Shown here in pieces: positions 1 to 9,731 of a DNA stretch of 64,000 nt. The translations under genes and the position numbers were made by a program. Origin of the DNA: a bacterium (GTDB taxonomy: Bacteria > UBA8248); contig OZ244799.1 in NCBI GenBank assembly GCA_965219955.1, positions 672,001 to 736,000 of the forward strand, written 5' to 3'. How positions within the stretch are numbered: the first letter of the stretch is position 1; each line of letters begins with the position of its first letter. The notes below the pieces were generated by a model. It searched no databases. It was not told where the DNA came from and saw only the letters and a program-made list of their open reading frames with translations.

Positions 1-387
1 CTGAACGGCGGAGAAGTGCTTGAGCGCCTCCATCTGATCGTCGGGGTCGTCGATGCGGCGTATCGTCTCGATGGCTTCGCTGATATGCCCCGCCCTCGTC
101 TGCGCGATGGCGATTTCCCGCAAGGCGGAGGCGTAGAAAAGAGAGCTTCCGATGCCCCGCGAGGTCTCGATGGCGGCGTCGATATCCCCCGCACGAGCCT
201 GTTCGCCGGCGAGCTGACTCAGATGAATGGAGCGGTTGACGATCTCGCTGAGGAATCGGGTGTTTTCGGCTTCGGGCGTTTTCTCCCGGATTTCAGCGCT
301 TTCCGGCAGGAATGAAGACGGAGCCGTCTCCTCGGCTTCGCGCGAACCCCCCAGAAATCGCTTGAAACTCCGGAGTAAGTTTTTCAT
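1..387 (-). CDS. TPR-like helical repeat protein (partial, runs off window start)
   Basis: Manually translated open frame from ATG 387 (RBS GGAGGTG at 392-398): MKNLLRSFKRF...QARAGDIDAAIETSRGI...QTRAGHISEAIETIRRI, ~33-aa repeat. Absent from the ORF track because there is no stop in the window. Confidence 0.65.
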   Translation of the reverse strand, partial: MKNLLRSFKRFLGGSREAEETAPSSFLPESAEIREKTPEAENTRFLSEIVNRSIHLSQLAGEQARAGDIDAAIETSRGIGSSLFYASALREIAIAQTRAGHISEAIETIRRIDDPDDQMEALKHFSAVQ

Positions 388-456
388 ACGGCACCTCCCA
401 TATCCCGTACGGGAGAGGTCGCCATGGTGCCAGGCGAACGTAAATATCACCTCGAT

Positions 457-482
457 ATGATTGCATCGCGTTATGAAATCAT
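457..482. promoter_or_regulatory. Candidate operator palindrome
   Basis: ATGATTGCAT-N6-ATGAAATCAT (9/10 inverted match) in an AT-rich intergenic region upstream of the 387 start. Confidence 0.35.
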
Positions 483-631
483 TATCTTCGCATTTACTTT
501 GCATTGCAATAAATTAAGGACTTCATCGCTGAAATTACGGATCCTCGCCATGAAAATGGGCGGCAGAATCGAAAAACCCGGAAACCGGCGGCCAACGCCG
601 CATCCGCAGGGCAGGGGTAATACGCGGCTTA

Positions 632-2668
632 CTACTCCTCGATCGCCTCGGCGACGAGCTCTGCGATGTCGGCGGCGCGGATGCTCTTCTCCGGGTCGAG
701 CGCCTTGAGCGCGTCGTCGAACATCTGCATGCAGAAAGGACACGACACGGCGGCGGTTTCGGCCCCGCAGGCCTTCACGTCGTCCAGCCGCTCGTGGTTG
801 ATGCGCTTTTGGGGTTCATCGTCCATCCAGGCGTAGCCGCCGCCTGCGCCGCAGCAAAGCGAGCGCGAGCGGTTGCGCTTAAGTTCGGTGAAGCCGCCGT
901 CCGATATCTGGTGGAGCACTTCGCGCGGGGCGTCGTATACGCCGTTGTGGCGGCCCAGGTAGCAGGGGTCGTGGTAGGTGAGGGAGCCGAGCGATTTCTT
1001 GAGCTTGAGTTTTCCCGATTTTATCAACTCCGCGATGAGCTGCGTGTGGTGCACCACCTCGTAGTTCCCCCCGAAATCGGGGTATTCGTTCTTGTACGTG
1101 TTGAAGCAATGCGGGCAGGTGGTGATGATTTTCTTGACCTCGTAGCCGTTCAGGGTCTCGATGTTCTGCTTCGCGCACATCTGGAAGGTGAATTCGCCCC
1201 CGACGCGCCGGGCCGGGTCGCCCGTGCAGACTTCCTCCGCGCCCAGGATGGCGAAGTCCACGTCCGCGGCTGTGAGAATCTTCACCATCGCCCTCGATAC
1301 CTCGATGTTGCGGTCGATCATCGAACCCGTGCAGCCCACCCAGTAGAGGTATTCCGCCTTCCCGCCGCTGGCGAGGACTTTCACGTCGAGCCCCTCGTAC
1401 CACTCCTCGCGGTTGTGCTGCGCGCCCACCCAGGGGTGGAGCCGCTCGTCCATGGATTTCAGGAACTGGCGCGCGTCCTCGCTCGTCTTCGATTCCATCA
1501 TCACCAGGTAGCGGCGCATGTCCACCATTTTGGGGATGTGCTCGATGAAGACGGGGCACTCCTGCTGGCAGGCCCCGCAGGTGCGGCAGCCCCAGAGCTC
1601 TTCTTCCAGGACAGCCGGATTGTCCGCCGGCTCGCCGAACAGGGGCGGCCTCTCGCTCGCCTCGCCGTTTTCCGCAAGCGCCGCAGGTCCCGCCTCGCTC
1701 AGGTGCGCCTTCATGTCCTGGATCAGCTTTTTGGGGCTGAGCGGCACGCCGCTCATGTAGGCGGGGCAGACGTCCTGGCAGCGGCCGCAGTTCGTGCAGG
1801 CGTCCAGGTCCAGCAGGTTCTTCCAGGTGTATCCCTCGATTTTCTCCACCCCCAGGGTTTCGATGGCCTCGGGGTCGGCTTCCATCGTCGCCTCGATGTC
1901 GATGAAGCTCAGCTTGCCGCTGGGGCCGAGGTTTCTGCAGAACATGTTCAGCAGGCCGTACCAGATGTGGTTGAACTTCCCGAAGCCCATGTAGCCGAGC
2001 AGCACGAACGCGGAAATCGCGTGGAACCACCAGTTGATGCGGTGGAGGAACCGGAGCGTCTCCACGCTCAGTCCCTGGAGGGTCAGGGCGACCGCGTAGC
2101 CGCCCGGCGACCACGGGGCCAGGGACGGGTTGTCCCGTAGTTCCGTCGCCGCGATGCGAAGCCCCTCCACGACGAAGCCCTGCACGAAGACGAGCAGGAG
2201 CAGCCACAGCGCGATGTAGTCGTCGAGCACCGAGTTCATGCGCTCGGGCTTCACCACCAGACGCCGCCAGAGAGCCATCACGATGCCGACGATCCCCAAC
2301 AGCCCGAAGCCGTCGCTCAGCAGCGAGTAGCCCAGGTAGAGGTTTCCCTTGAGGTAGTGGATTCCCGTCCATTCCTGAACGGCTATCATGGAGGTGGCGA
2401 TGAGTTCGGCGAAAAAGCCGTAGAAGATGAACAGATGGATGAGACCGGGGTAGGTATCCCGCAGCATCCGGCGGTGGAGCACCAGTTCGTCCACGACGCC
2501 CCAGAGGCGTTTTGCCGGATTATCGGTTCTGAGCTCCCCCCCGCCCAGGCGCCAGAGGCGCACGCGCTGGTAGATGCCGTAGGACATCACGCCGATGGCT
2601 GCCGCGGCGAAGAGGTAGACCAGGGGGCCTAGGACGATGTTCCAGTAGATTTCCCGGGTGGGTGTCAT
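632..2668 (-). CDS. Membrane-bound Fe-S oxidoreductase (FadF/HdrD/GlpC-like; NarI-like TM domain, two 4Fe-4S motifs, two CCG domains)
   Basis: N-terminal TM helices; [12 protein letters not shown] and [12 protein letters not shown]; [33 protein letters not shown]. Confidence 0.9.
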   Translation of the reverse strand: MTPTREIYWNIVLGPLVYLFAAAAIGVMSYGIYQRVRLWRLGGGELRTDNPAKRLWGVVDELVLHRRMLRDTYPGLIHLFIFYGFFAELIATSMIAVQEWTGIHYLKGNLYLGYSLLSDGFGLLGIVGIVMALWRRLVVKPERMNSVLDDYIALWLLLLVFVQGFVVEGLRIAATELRDNPSLAPWSPGGYAVALTLQGLSVETLRFLHRINWWFHAISAFVLLGYMGFGKFNHIWYGLLNMFCRNLGPSGKLSFIDIEATMEADPEAIETLGVEKIEGYTWKNLLDLDACTNCGRCQDVCPAYMSGVPLSPKKLIQDMKAHLSEAGPAALAENGEASERPPLFGEPADNPAVLEEELWGCRTCGACQQECPVFIEHIPKMVDMRRYLVMMESKTSEDARQFLKSMDERLHPWVGAQHNREEWYEGLDVKVLASGGKAEYLYWVGCTGSMIDRNIEVSRAMVKILTAADVDFAILGAEEVCTGDPARRVGGEFTFQMCAKQNIETLNGYEVKKIITTCPHCFNTYKNEYPDFGGNYEVVHHTQLIAELIKSGKLKLKKSLGSLTYHDPCYLGRHNGVYDAPREVLHQISDGGFTELKRNRSRSLCCGAGGGYAWMDDEPQKRINHERLDDVKACGAETAAVSCPFCMQMFDDALKALDPEKSIRAADIAELVAEAIEE

Positions 2669-2839
2669 GTGAGAATCCTGTGGGGCGATTCGTTGCGTTT
2701 TCGTTCATTGCTGATTTCCCGAGGTTACGAAAACTCGGCCGAAAAGTCGATACACGCCCGGGTTCATTTGAAACGTGGTCTTCTTTACTTGATAATCATT
2801 CCTGGAACCTTCAGAAGCACATGGGGAAGGAGGCGGCGG

Positions 2840-3253
2840 ATGAGCGAGAGAAAAATTCGGGTGCTGGTCGGAAAACCCGGCCTCGACGGCCACGACCGGG
2901 GGGCGAAGGTGGTCGCGCGCGCGCTCCGTGACGCCGGCATGGAGGTCATTTACACGGGCATCCGCCAGACGCCCGAGCAAATCGCCTCGACCGCCATGCA
3001 GGAAGACGTCGACTGCGTGGGTCTCTCGATACTTTCGGGCGCGCACAACCACCTGTTTCCCAGAATCCGTGAATTGCTGGATTCGCACGGCATGGACGAC
3101 GTCCTGCTCTTTGGCGGCGGCATCGTGCCGGATGACGACATTCCCTTTCTCAAGGAAAACGGGGTGGACGAGATTTTCACCCCCGGCGCGACGATGGAGG
3201 ATATCGTCGCCTATGTGCGCGAAACGGTGTCCGGGCGCAGGGAGAGCGCCTGA
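2840..3253 (+). CDS. Cobalamin (B12)-binding domain protein, acyl-CoA mutase small-subunit type
   Basis: [10 protein letters not shown] (DxHxxG), [16 protein letters not shown]; RBS AGGAGG before ATG 2840. Confidence 0.92.
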   Translation: MSERKIRVLVGKPGLDGHDRGAKVVARALRDAGMEVIYTGIRQTPEQIASTAMQEDVDCVGLSILSGAHNHLFPRIRELLDSHGMDDVLLFGGGIVPDDDIPFLKENGVDEIFTPGATMEDIVAYVRETVSGRRESA

Positions 3254-3355
3254 GGTCGCGGCTTCATTGCGGCGCGAAGGCGCAGTTCGTATACTGCGCG
3301 CTCATGAGCGGGACGGGGCGCTTCCTTCTGAACGGGAAACTCTTGGAGCGGCTGG

Positions 3356-3826
3356 ATGAAGAACTTTTGGTTCATGGGATTGGCGGTCTGCTTGCTGCTC
3401 GTCTCCGCCTGTCAGCAAAAGCCCATCGAAAGGGCGGTGCGCGGTTCTCTTGCCCCTGCGGAGGAGAACGTGGTCGTCACGTCCTACTGCCAGAGTTGTC
3501 ATCTTCACGCGAGTTTCCAGGAGGCGCCCCACATCGAGAAGCAACAGCTTCGCTATGACGAGAAGAGCCCGCTGCGCGCCACCACCCGGTGCCTCGCATG
3601 CCACCTCGTTCGTCCCGAGACGTTCTTCAAGGAAGAGCTGCGCAGCACCACCTTTCCGCACGGCGCGTTGGTCGACATCGCCAAGATACCCAAGCCGAAG
3701 CCCGCGCCCCTCCTGAAAAGAGAGAAAGGGCCGGGGTCTGCGCCCAAGCAAGAGGCTCCCCCCGAAGTCAAGAAGAAAGAGCCCGCGAAGAAGAAAAAGC
3801 GCTGGTATTTCCTTTATCTCTTCTGA
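3356..3826 (+). CDS. Putative diheme c-type cytochrome lipoprotein
   Basis: Signal peptide with lipobox VSA-C; two CXXCH motifs (CQSCH, CLACH); Pro/Lys-rich tail. Confidence 0.75.
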   Translation: MKNFWFMGLAVCLLLVSACQQKPIERAVRGSLAPAEENVVVTSYCQSCHLHASFQEAPHIEKQQLRYDEKSPLRATTRCLACHLVRPETFFKEELRSTTFPHGALVDIAKIPKPKPAPLLKREKGPGSAPKQEAPPEVKKKEPAKKKKRWYFLYLF

Positions 3827-4623
3827 GTCGGGTCGAGCAGGTCTCTCAGCCCGTCGCCCAGGATGTTCAGGCCCATGACGGTGAGGGCGATGGCGATTCC
3901 CGGATAAATCGTCAGGTGCGGGGCGACGAGCAGAAAATCGCGCCCCTCGGCCAGCATCGCCCCCCAGCTCGGCTCGGGCGGCTGAATCCCCAGTCCCAGG
4001 AACGAGAGCCCGGATTCGGCGAGGATCGCTCCCGCCATGCCGATGCTCGCCTCCACGATGACCGGGGAGATGACGTTCGCGAGCAGATGGAGGGTGAGGA
4101 TTCGCCCGGGCGTGGCGCCCGCGGCGTGGGCGGCGATCACGAATTCGCGCTCGCGCAATGCCAGCACCTGCGCGCGGACGAGGCGCGCGTAGCCCACCCA
4201 TCCGAACACCGAGAGCGATATGACGATGTTCCACAGGCTCGGCGCGAGCACGGACATGAGGGCGATGGCGAGCAGGATGCCGGGAAAGGCCAGGAACACG
4301 TCGGTGACGCGCATGATCGCCTCATCCCACACACCGCCGAGATAGCCTGCGATTCCCCCGATGATGACGCCCAGCAGCACGGACACCGAGACGGCGGCGA
4401 AGCCCACGGTGAGCGAGATCCTCCCGCCGTGTAAGACGCGGCTCAGGATGTCGCGGCCGAGCTTGTCCCGCCCGAAGGGGTGCGCCGTCTCGGGAGCCGC
4501 CAGCCCTTGCGCCAGTTCCATCTCATAGGGATTTTGGGGCGAGAGGAGGGGAGCTGCCAGGGTGGCGGCCAGCAAGAGGGCGATCATGCCGCCTCCGAGA
4601 TAGATGGACAGCCTGCGCCTCAT
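3814..4623 (-). CDS. Peptide/nickel ABC transporter permease (DppC/OppC family)
   Basis: HPFGRDKLGRD, EFVIAAHAAGA (EAA loop), PPEPSWGAML; probable start ATG 4623 overlapping the upstream permease stop. Confidence 0.92.
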   Translation of the reverse strand: MRRRLSIYLGGGMIALLLAATLAAPLLSPQNPYEMELAQGLAAPETAHPFGRDKLGRDILSRVLHGGRISLTVGFAAVSVSVLLGVIIGGIAGYLGGVWDEAIMRVTDVFLAFPGILLAIALMSVLAPSLWNIVISLSVFGWVGYARLVRAQVLALREREFVIAAHAAGATPGRILTLHLLANVISPVIVEASIGMAGAILAESGLSFLGLGIQPPEPSWGAMLAEGRDFLLVAPHLTIYPGIAIALTVMGLNILGDGLRDLLDPTQKR

Positions 4624-5540
4624 GTGAGCCTCACGCGCGGGTCGAGCCAGGCGTAGGCGATGTCTGCCAGAAAGTTCGCGCTCACGTAGACGGCGGCGAT
4701 GAAAAGCACGCAGCCCTGCACGAGGGGGTAGTCGCGAGACGCGATGGCCTGGATCACCAGGCGGCCCACGCCGGGCCAGGCGAAGACGGTCTCGGTGATG
4801 ATGGCGCCCGAGAGCAGGGCGCCGAGCTGGAGGCTCAGGATCGTGATGAGTGGCAGGCACGCGTTCTTGAGCGCGTGGAGCCAGAGCACCTTTTTCTCGG
4901 AAATGCCCTTGGCGCGCGCCGTGCTGATGTAGTCTTGCGGCAGCACGTCCAGCAGGCTCGAGCGCGCCATGCGCATCAGTATCGGCGAGAGCGCGGCGCC
5001 GAGCGTGACGGCGGGGAGGATGAGGCTCAACACTCCCTCCCGGCCCGAGACGGGGAACCAGCCCAGGTTGATGGAGAAGACGATGATGAGCAGCGGCCCG
5101 AGCCAGAAGACGGGCATGCTCGCGCCCGCCACGGCGAGAAAGCCTGCCCCCAGGTCGAGCGCCGTGCCCTGTCGGCGCGCCGCGGCGATTCCCAGCGGGA
5201 GCGAGATGAGCAGCGCCACGGCCATCGAGGCGAGCGTGAGTTCCGCCGAGGCGTAGGTGCGCTCGAAGATGATGGCCGACACCGCTCTTTTCTGGTGGAG
5301 CGAATTCCCTAAGTCTCCGCGCAGGAGACCTCCCATGTAATCGGCGTATTGAACGCCGAGCGGCCTGTCCAGCCCCAGCGTCTTGCGCAGTTGTTCGCGC
5401 TGGGCGGGGCGGGCGGTTTCGCCCAGCATCAGGTCCACCGGGTCGCCCGGCAGCACCTGGGTGACGATGAAGACGAGCGTCATCACCCCCCACAGGACGG
5501 GGATGAGGAGCAGAATGCGTCTCAGGAGGAATTTTCTCAT
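4620..5540 (-). CDS. Peptide/nickel ABC transporter permease (DppB/OppB family)
   Basis: PGDP, GDLGNSL, DYISTARAKG, ETVFAWPGVG, RDYPLVQG. Confidence 0.93.
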   Translation of the reverse strand: MRKFLLRRILLLIPVLWGVMTLVFIVTQVLPGDPVDLMLGETARPAQREQLRKTLGLDRPLGVQYADYMGGLLRGDLGNSLHQKRAVSAIIFERTYASAELTLASMAVALLISLPLGIAAARRQGTALDLGAGFLAVAGASMPVFWLGPLLIIVFSINLGWFPVSGREGVLSLILPAVTLGAALSPILMRMARSSLLDVLPQDYISTARAKGISEKKVLWLHALKNACLPLITILSLQLGALLSGAIITETVFAWPGVGRLVIQAIASRDYPLVQGCVLFIAAVYVSANFLADIAYAWLDPRVRLT

Positions 5541-7091
5541 TTATCGCCTCGCCGCCGGGGAGAGGGTGGCTTTCGCGAGCGAGATGAAGTCCGCGTCCGG
5601 GAACACCCGGTAGCCCGATATGCGCCTGTCGAAGACGGCCACGTTCACGCTGTGCCAAAGATTGATGTAGGGAAGCTCGCGGCCCAGGATGCGCTGCACC
5701 TCGCCGTAGATGCGGGCGCGGGCCTCGGGCGCGATGGGTTGGCGAGCTTTCTCCAGAAGCGTGTCGATGCGCGCGTTTTTGTAGAGGCCCCGGTTGAGTC
5801 CGGCCGGAGGGATGAAGCGGCTGTGAAAGATATAGCGGTAGATGTCGGGGTCGGATATGCCGACCCACGTCAGGCTGTAGAGCTGGAAATTCCCGTTTCT
5901 GATGTCGCCGAAAAACGTCCCCCACTCGTAGGAGCGGATTTTCATCTTGATTCCCACGCGGGCGAGCTGATGGCCGAGCACGGTGGCGATGCGGCGTCCC
6001 AGTTCGTTTTGCGAGGTCTTGTAGACGAGCGTGAAACGCGGTTCGGGCCCCGGCCCGTCGGGGTCGGGGTAGCCCGCCGCATCGAGGAGTTTCATCGCCA
6101 GCTCCGGGCGGTGCGCGTAGTCGGGGAGGCCCTTTCGGTGCGCCCAGTGATCCGGCGGCAGCAGGCTGTCCGCCTCCTGGACGAGGCCCTTGTGGATGAA
6201 GCGCACGATGGGCCGCCTGTCGATGGCGTGGGCGATCGCGCGCCGCACCTCGAGTTTGGAGAGAATCGGGTCGCTCATGTTGAAGCCGATGTAGGTGAAG
6301 TTCGTGCCCAGGCGCTTTCGAATCTTGAGCCGCTTGTTCTTGATGAAGCGCGGCAGAATATCGGGCGAAAAAGCGTTCTGGAGAAAATCGACCCCTCCGC
6401 TTTCGAGTTCCAGGACGCGGATGGTCTCCTCCGGCAGAATCCGGAAGATGAGGCGCTCGAAGGCGGGTTTGCCGCCGAAATAGCCGGCGAACGCCTTGAG
6501 GGTGATTCGCTCGTCCGGCGTGAATTCCACGAACTCGAACGGGCCGGTGCCGACGGGTTTTCGGGCGAATCGGCTCCCCGCCTCGCGTGAGCTTTTGGGG
6601 AGAATGCCGATCATGAGGGATTCTGCGAACGAGGCGGAGGGTTCTTTGAGATGAAAGACGACGCTGTGCGGCGTGGGCGTTTCGATGCGCGCGAGTTCAT
6701 TGAGTCCCGCCGCCCTGGGGGAGGCGAGCGAGGGGTCGCGAATGGAGTCGAAAGTGTATTTCACGTCGGACGAGGTGAGGGCTTCGCCGTTGTGGAACCG
6801 CACCCCGCGTTTGAGTTCGAAGCGGTGGACGAGAGGCGTGGGCCGCTCCCATTTCTCGGCGAGTTCCAGGACGATGCGGCCCTCGTGGTCATTCGATATC
6901 AGGCGGCTGAAGATGAAGCGCTGCACCTTGGAGGAGATGGCGTCCTGCGACAGCCTCGGGTCGAGTTGCGTGGGGTTGGTTCCGATGCCGACGACGATGG
7001 CGTCGTTTTTTGGGGAACGCTCCTCCCCGCAGCCGGATAGAAACGCGCACGCGAACGAGAGAACGAGAAGAGCGAGCGATTTATTTCTCAT
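5541..7091 (-). CDS. Peptide ABC transporter substrate-binding lipoprotein (family 5)
   Basis: Lipobox LSG-C; LDP, GVRFHNG, PVGTGPF, VRRAIAHAIDR. Confidence 0.92.
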   Translation of the reverse strand: MRNKSLALLVLSFACAFLSGCGEERSPKNDAIVVGIGTNPTQLDPRLSQDAISSKVQRFIFSRLISNDHEGRIVLELAEKWERPTPLVHRFELKRGVRFHNGEALTSSDVKYTFDSIRDPSLASPRAAGLNELARIETPTPHSVVFHLKEPSASFAESLMIGILPKSSREAGSRFARKPVGTGPFEFVEFTPDERITLKAFAGYFGGKPAFERLIFRILPEETIRVLELESGGVDFLQNAFSPDILPRFIKNKRLKIRKRLGTNFTYIGFNMSDPILSKLEVRRAIAHAIDRRPIVRFIHKGLVQEADSLLPPDHWAHRKGLPDYAHRPELAMKLLDAAGYPDPDGPGPEPRFTLVYKTSQNELGRRIATVLGHQLARVGIKMKIRSYEWGTFFGDIRNGNFQLYSLTWVGISDPDIYRYIFHSRFIPPAGLNRGLYKNARIDTLLEKARQPIAPEARARIYGEVQRILGRELPYINLWHSVNVAVFDRRISGYRVFPDADFISLAKATLSPAARR

Positions 7092-7170
7092 CTGGTCATA
7101 CCGGTGGGCGAGAGACATCTGGAGATTCGCATACGCCGCGTCTCATCGTCAACGCGGCGCGTCCTCGTGG

Positions 7171-7199
7171 TTTACAGCCCGTTCCGGGCGGATTAAGAT
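7171..7199 (+). promoter_or_regulatory. Putative sigma70 promoter of the peroxiredoxin gene
   Basis: TTTACA-17 nt-TAAGAT. Confidence 0.45.
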
Positions 7200-7246
7200 T
7201 CCCCCCGCTGGTGATTATTGACTCGATGATCCGGAGGTTTTCCCCG

Positions 7247-7795
7247 ATGAGATGGAGCAGGTGTCATTTGAAGCGAACTTTGCGCCTGGTGGTGACGGCG
7301 CTCGCTTTCGTATTCATGAGTGTGAGCGTGGCGACGGCCGCGCCATTCGATGAGAATCGCCCCAAGGTGGGGGAGGAGGCGCGTGAGTTCGAAATTCAGG
7401 GCTTCAAGCTGTCCGACCTCAAGGGCAAGAAGAATCTCGTGATGGTTTTCTACCGGGGCCACTTCTGAGTCATTTGCCAGCGGCAACTCGTCGAGTTCCA
7501 GAGATTTTCCGGGAAAATACACGGGCTTCAGACCGAAATCATCGCCGTCAGTGCGGACAATGCGCTTGAAATGAACAGGACGACCCGGGAGTTGGGCATC
7601 CGGTATCTGCTGATCTCGGACCCGAAGAAGCGAATCATTCAACACTTCGGGGTGCTGCATCCCAGAGAAGGGATCGCCCGGCCCGCCACCATCATCATCG
7701 ACAAGAGCGGCGTGGTTCGCTACGTTCACGTGGGCAAATACCCCAGCGACCGCCCCTCGGTTCAGCAGGTGATGCAGGCCCTCGCTTTTTTGTGA
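7247..7795 (+). CDS. AhpC/TSA-family peroxiredoxin-like selenoprotein (in-frame TGA = Sec, UxxC), with signal peptide
   Basis: ORFs 7010-7468 and 7571-7795 are in the same frame, separated only by TGA 7466-7468. Readthrough gives LVMVFYRGHF-U-VICQRQL...IIAVSAD...ARPATIIIDKSGVVRY. Start is ATG 7247 or TTG 7268. Confidence 0.85.
7482..7499 (+). promoter_or_regulatory. Candidate bacterial SECIS hairpin
   Basis: GG(C)AACTC-GTC-GAGTT-CC, apical loop starting GU at +22 after the UGA, with a bulged C. Confidence 0.55.
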
Positions 7796-7846
7796 GTTGA
7801 ATTCCCGGTACTCCCGCCCCCGCCCGGCGCGTAACGGACACCGAAT

Positions 7847-9652
7847 ATGAGATTCATGAAGCAAGACTCAGCGGGACGGTTTTTGAGATTCTCCCTGTGG
7901 GCGATTGTTTTGTGCCTCACCGCCTTGTGCGCGTCGGACGCCTTCGCCGCAAGAAAAAAGCGCGCTCCGAAAAAAAAGGCCGCTTCCAAAAAGGGCATTG
8001 ATTCCAGGGCCGCCTTCCAGGCCATGGTGAAACGCGCCGTAAAAAGGCAGTGCGTCCGTCCCGGACGTCTCGGTCTTTACATTCGCTCGGTTTCCACGGC
8101 GCAGACGCTGTATTCCCATAACGCTGCTGCAAAGCGGATTCCTGCGTCGAACGTCAAACTCTTCACGGCCGCCGCCGCGCTCGCGCGCCTGGGGCCGGAC
8201 TACCGCTTCGCCACCGATTTTTACGCGAAGGCCAAGGTCCGGGGCGGCGTCCTGCGGGGCGACCTGTATCTCAAGGGCTACGGCGATCCGCTTTTCGTGC
8301 ATGAAAGGATGCGCGACTTCGTGCGCCGCCTCAAGCTGCGCGGCGTCAGGCGCATCGAGGGCGACCTGGTGGCGGACGACACCTTTTTCGATAAGAAAAA
8401 ACATGGGCGCGGGTGGCGCGTGGGCCGCTCCATCCGGCCGTACCTGGCGCCGCACGGGGCATTGTCCCTGAATTTTGGTTCGGCGAACGTGCTCGTGGCC
8501 CCGGGTGACGGGGTCGGTACGCCGGCTATGGCGAATCTCGAGCCGCCCTCGCGCGCGCTTCGTCTCCAGGCGAGGGTGAAGACCTCGCGCAGGAGCTTGA
8601 AAATCCGGCTCGGGCGCAGGCGCTCCAAAGGAAAGGATGTCGTTCAGGTTAGCGGCTTGTTTCCGGCAAGGAGCAGGATGAAGCTGTACCGGGTGCCCGT
8701 TACGGACCCCACCGCCTTCACCGCCGGTGCGGTCGCCGCCGAAATGGAGAGGCAGGGAATCGCCTTGAAGGGCGGAATCCGGCAGGCCGCCACGCCGCCG
8801 GATGCGAAGCTTCTCGCGCGAAACCTCTCGCCGCCCCTGAGCGAGGTGGTGAGCGGGCTCAACAAGTTCAGCAACAATTTCGTGGCCGAGCAGGTTCTCA
8901 AGACGATGGGCGCCGAAACGCACGGCGCGCCGGGTACGGCGGAAAAAGGCCTGCGCGTCGTGCGGGATTTTTTGATCTCCACCGGAGTCTCGGCGAAGGA
9001 GATCGCCCTCGCCGATGGTTCGGGCCTGAGCAGGATGAACCGCTCCTCGCCTCGCGCTCTGGCGACTTTGCTCGAAGCGGCGCACAACGATTTCAGGCTG
9101 AGGCCGGAGTTCATGGCGTCGCTGGCCATCTTCGGGGTTGACGGGACGGTGAGGAAAAGACGCCGCCGGGGGGTCGATTCGCGCCGGGTGCGGGTGAAGA
9201 CGGGCGTGTTGAACGGCGTGCGCGCCTTCAGCGGATATGCGGCTGCCGGAAACGGGGAAATTCTCGCATTCTCTATTCTCATGAACGGAAACGCCTGTCG
9301 GCCCAAAAGCCTCACGGGTGAGGTGATTCGCGCAATGGTTTCGTTGAAGCGGGGCTTTTCGAATCCCGTGAACGCTCATCTCAGGGGGGCTCGCGAGATA
9401 ATGGCGCGCTCCATGCCGAAGCCTTCCATCCGGGACGGATGGCGAAGGCGCTCCTCTCCGCGCGCGGGCCCGGCCGGAGAGGGTGATTTAGATTTAGAGG
9501 TCCTGGGTCCGGGGATCGTTCCGTTCGCCGAATCGCCTCTGGACGATTCCCCCGCCGAATTGTCTTTGGAGGATTCCGAAGAAGCAGCCCCGGCGGAAGG
9601 AGGCGCCGCGTGGCCCTCGAAGAGCGGTCCGGGCGGGCGAAGTCGTGAGTGA
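7847..9652 (+). CDS. dacB: D-alanyl-D-alanine carboxypeptidase/endopeptidase (PBP4, peptidase S13) with C-terminal acidic extension
   Basis: PASNVKL (SxxK), SNNFVAE (SxN), DGSGLSR, KTG. Confidence 0.9.
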   Translation: MRFMKQDSAGRFLRFSLWAIVLCLTALCASDAFAARKKRAPKKKAASKKGIDSRAAFQAMVKRAVKRQCVRPGRLGLYIRSVSTAQTLYSHNAAAKRIPASNVKLFTAAAALARLGPDYRFATDFYAKAKVRGGVLRGDLYLKGYGDPLFVHERMRDFVRRLKLRGVRRIEGDLVADDTFFDKKKHGRGWRVGRSIRPYLAPHGALSLNFGSANVLVAPGDGVGTPAMANLEPPSRALRLQARVKTSRRSLKIRLGRRRSKGKDVVQVSGLFPARSRMKLYRVPVTDPTAFTAGAVAAEMERQGIALKGGIRQAATPPDAKLLARNLSPPLSEVVSGLNKFSNNFVAEQVLKTMGAETHGAPGTAEKGLRVVRDFLISTGVSAKEIALADGSGLSRMNRSSPRALATLLEAAHNDFRLRPEFMASLAIFGVDGTVRKRRRRGVDSRRVRVKTGVLNGVRAFSGYAAAGNGEILAFSILMNGNACRPKSLTGEVIRAMVSLKRGFSNPVNAHLRGAREIMARSMPKPSIRDGWRRRSSPRAGPAGEGDLDLEVLGPGIVPFAESPLDDSPAELSLEDSEEAAPAEGGAAWPSKSGPGGRSRE

Positions 9653-9731
9653 TAAATGAGCGATGCGCTTGTTCGGAGCCGGCTCTCCAGGCGCTGCGCC
9701 TGCGGACGGCGCAGGGGAGCATAAAGGGCCG

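Noticed and set aside
794-2372. Long antisense or alternate-frame ORFs (e.g. 794-2140, 7868-9379, 18866-20560, 46813-48771)
   Set aside because: Shadow ORFs expected from high-GC codon bias opposite real genes; no recognisable motifs.
3814-5925. 703-aa permease fusion in the ORF track
   Set aside because: The upstream part overlaps the other permease and the binding protein in another frame; the real gene starts at 4623.
7010-7795. Two separate small genes or a peroxiredoxin pseudogene
   Set aside because: The only interruption is an in-frame TGA at the catalytic Cys position with a SECIS-like hairpin; Sec readthrough is the better explanation.
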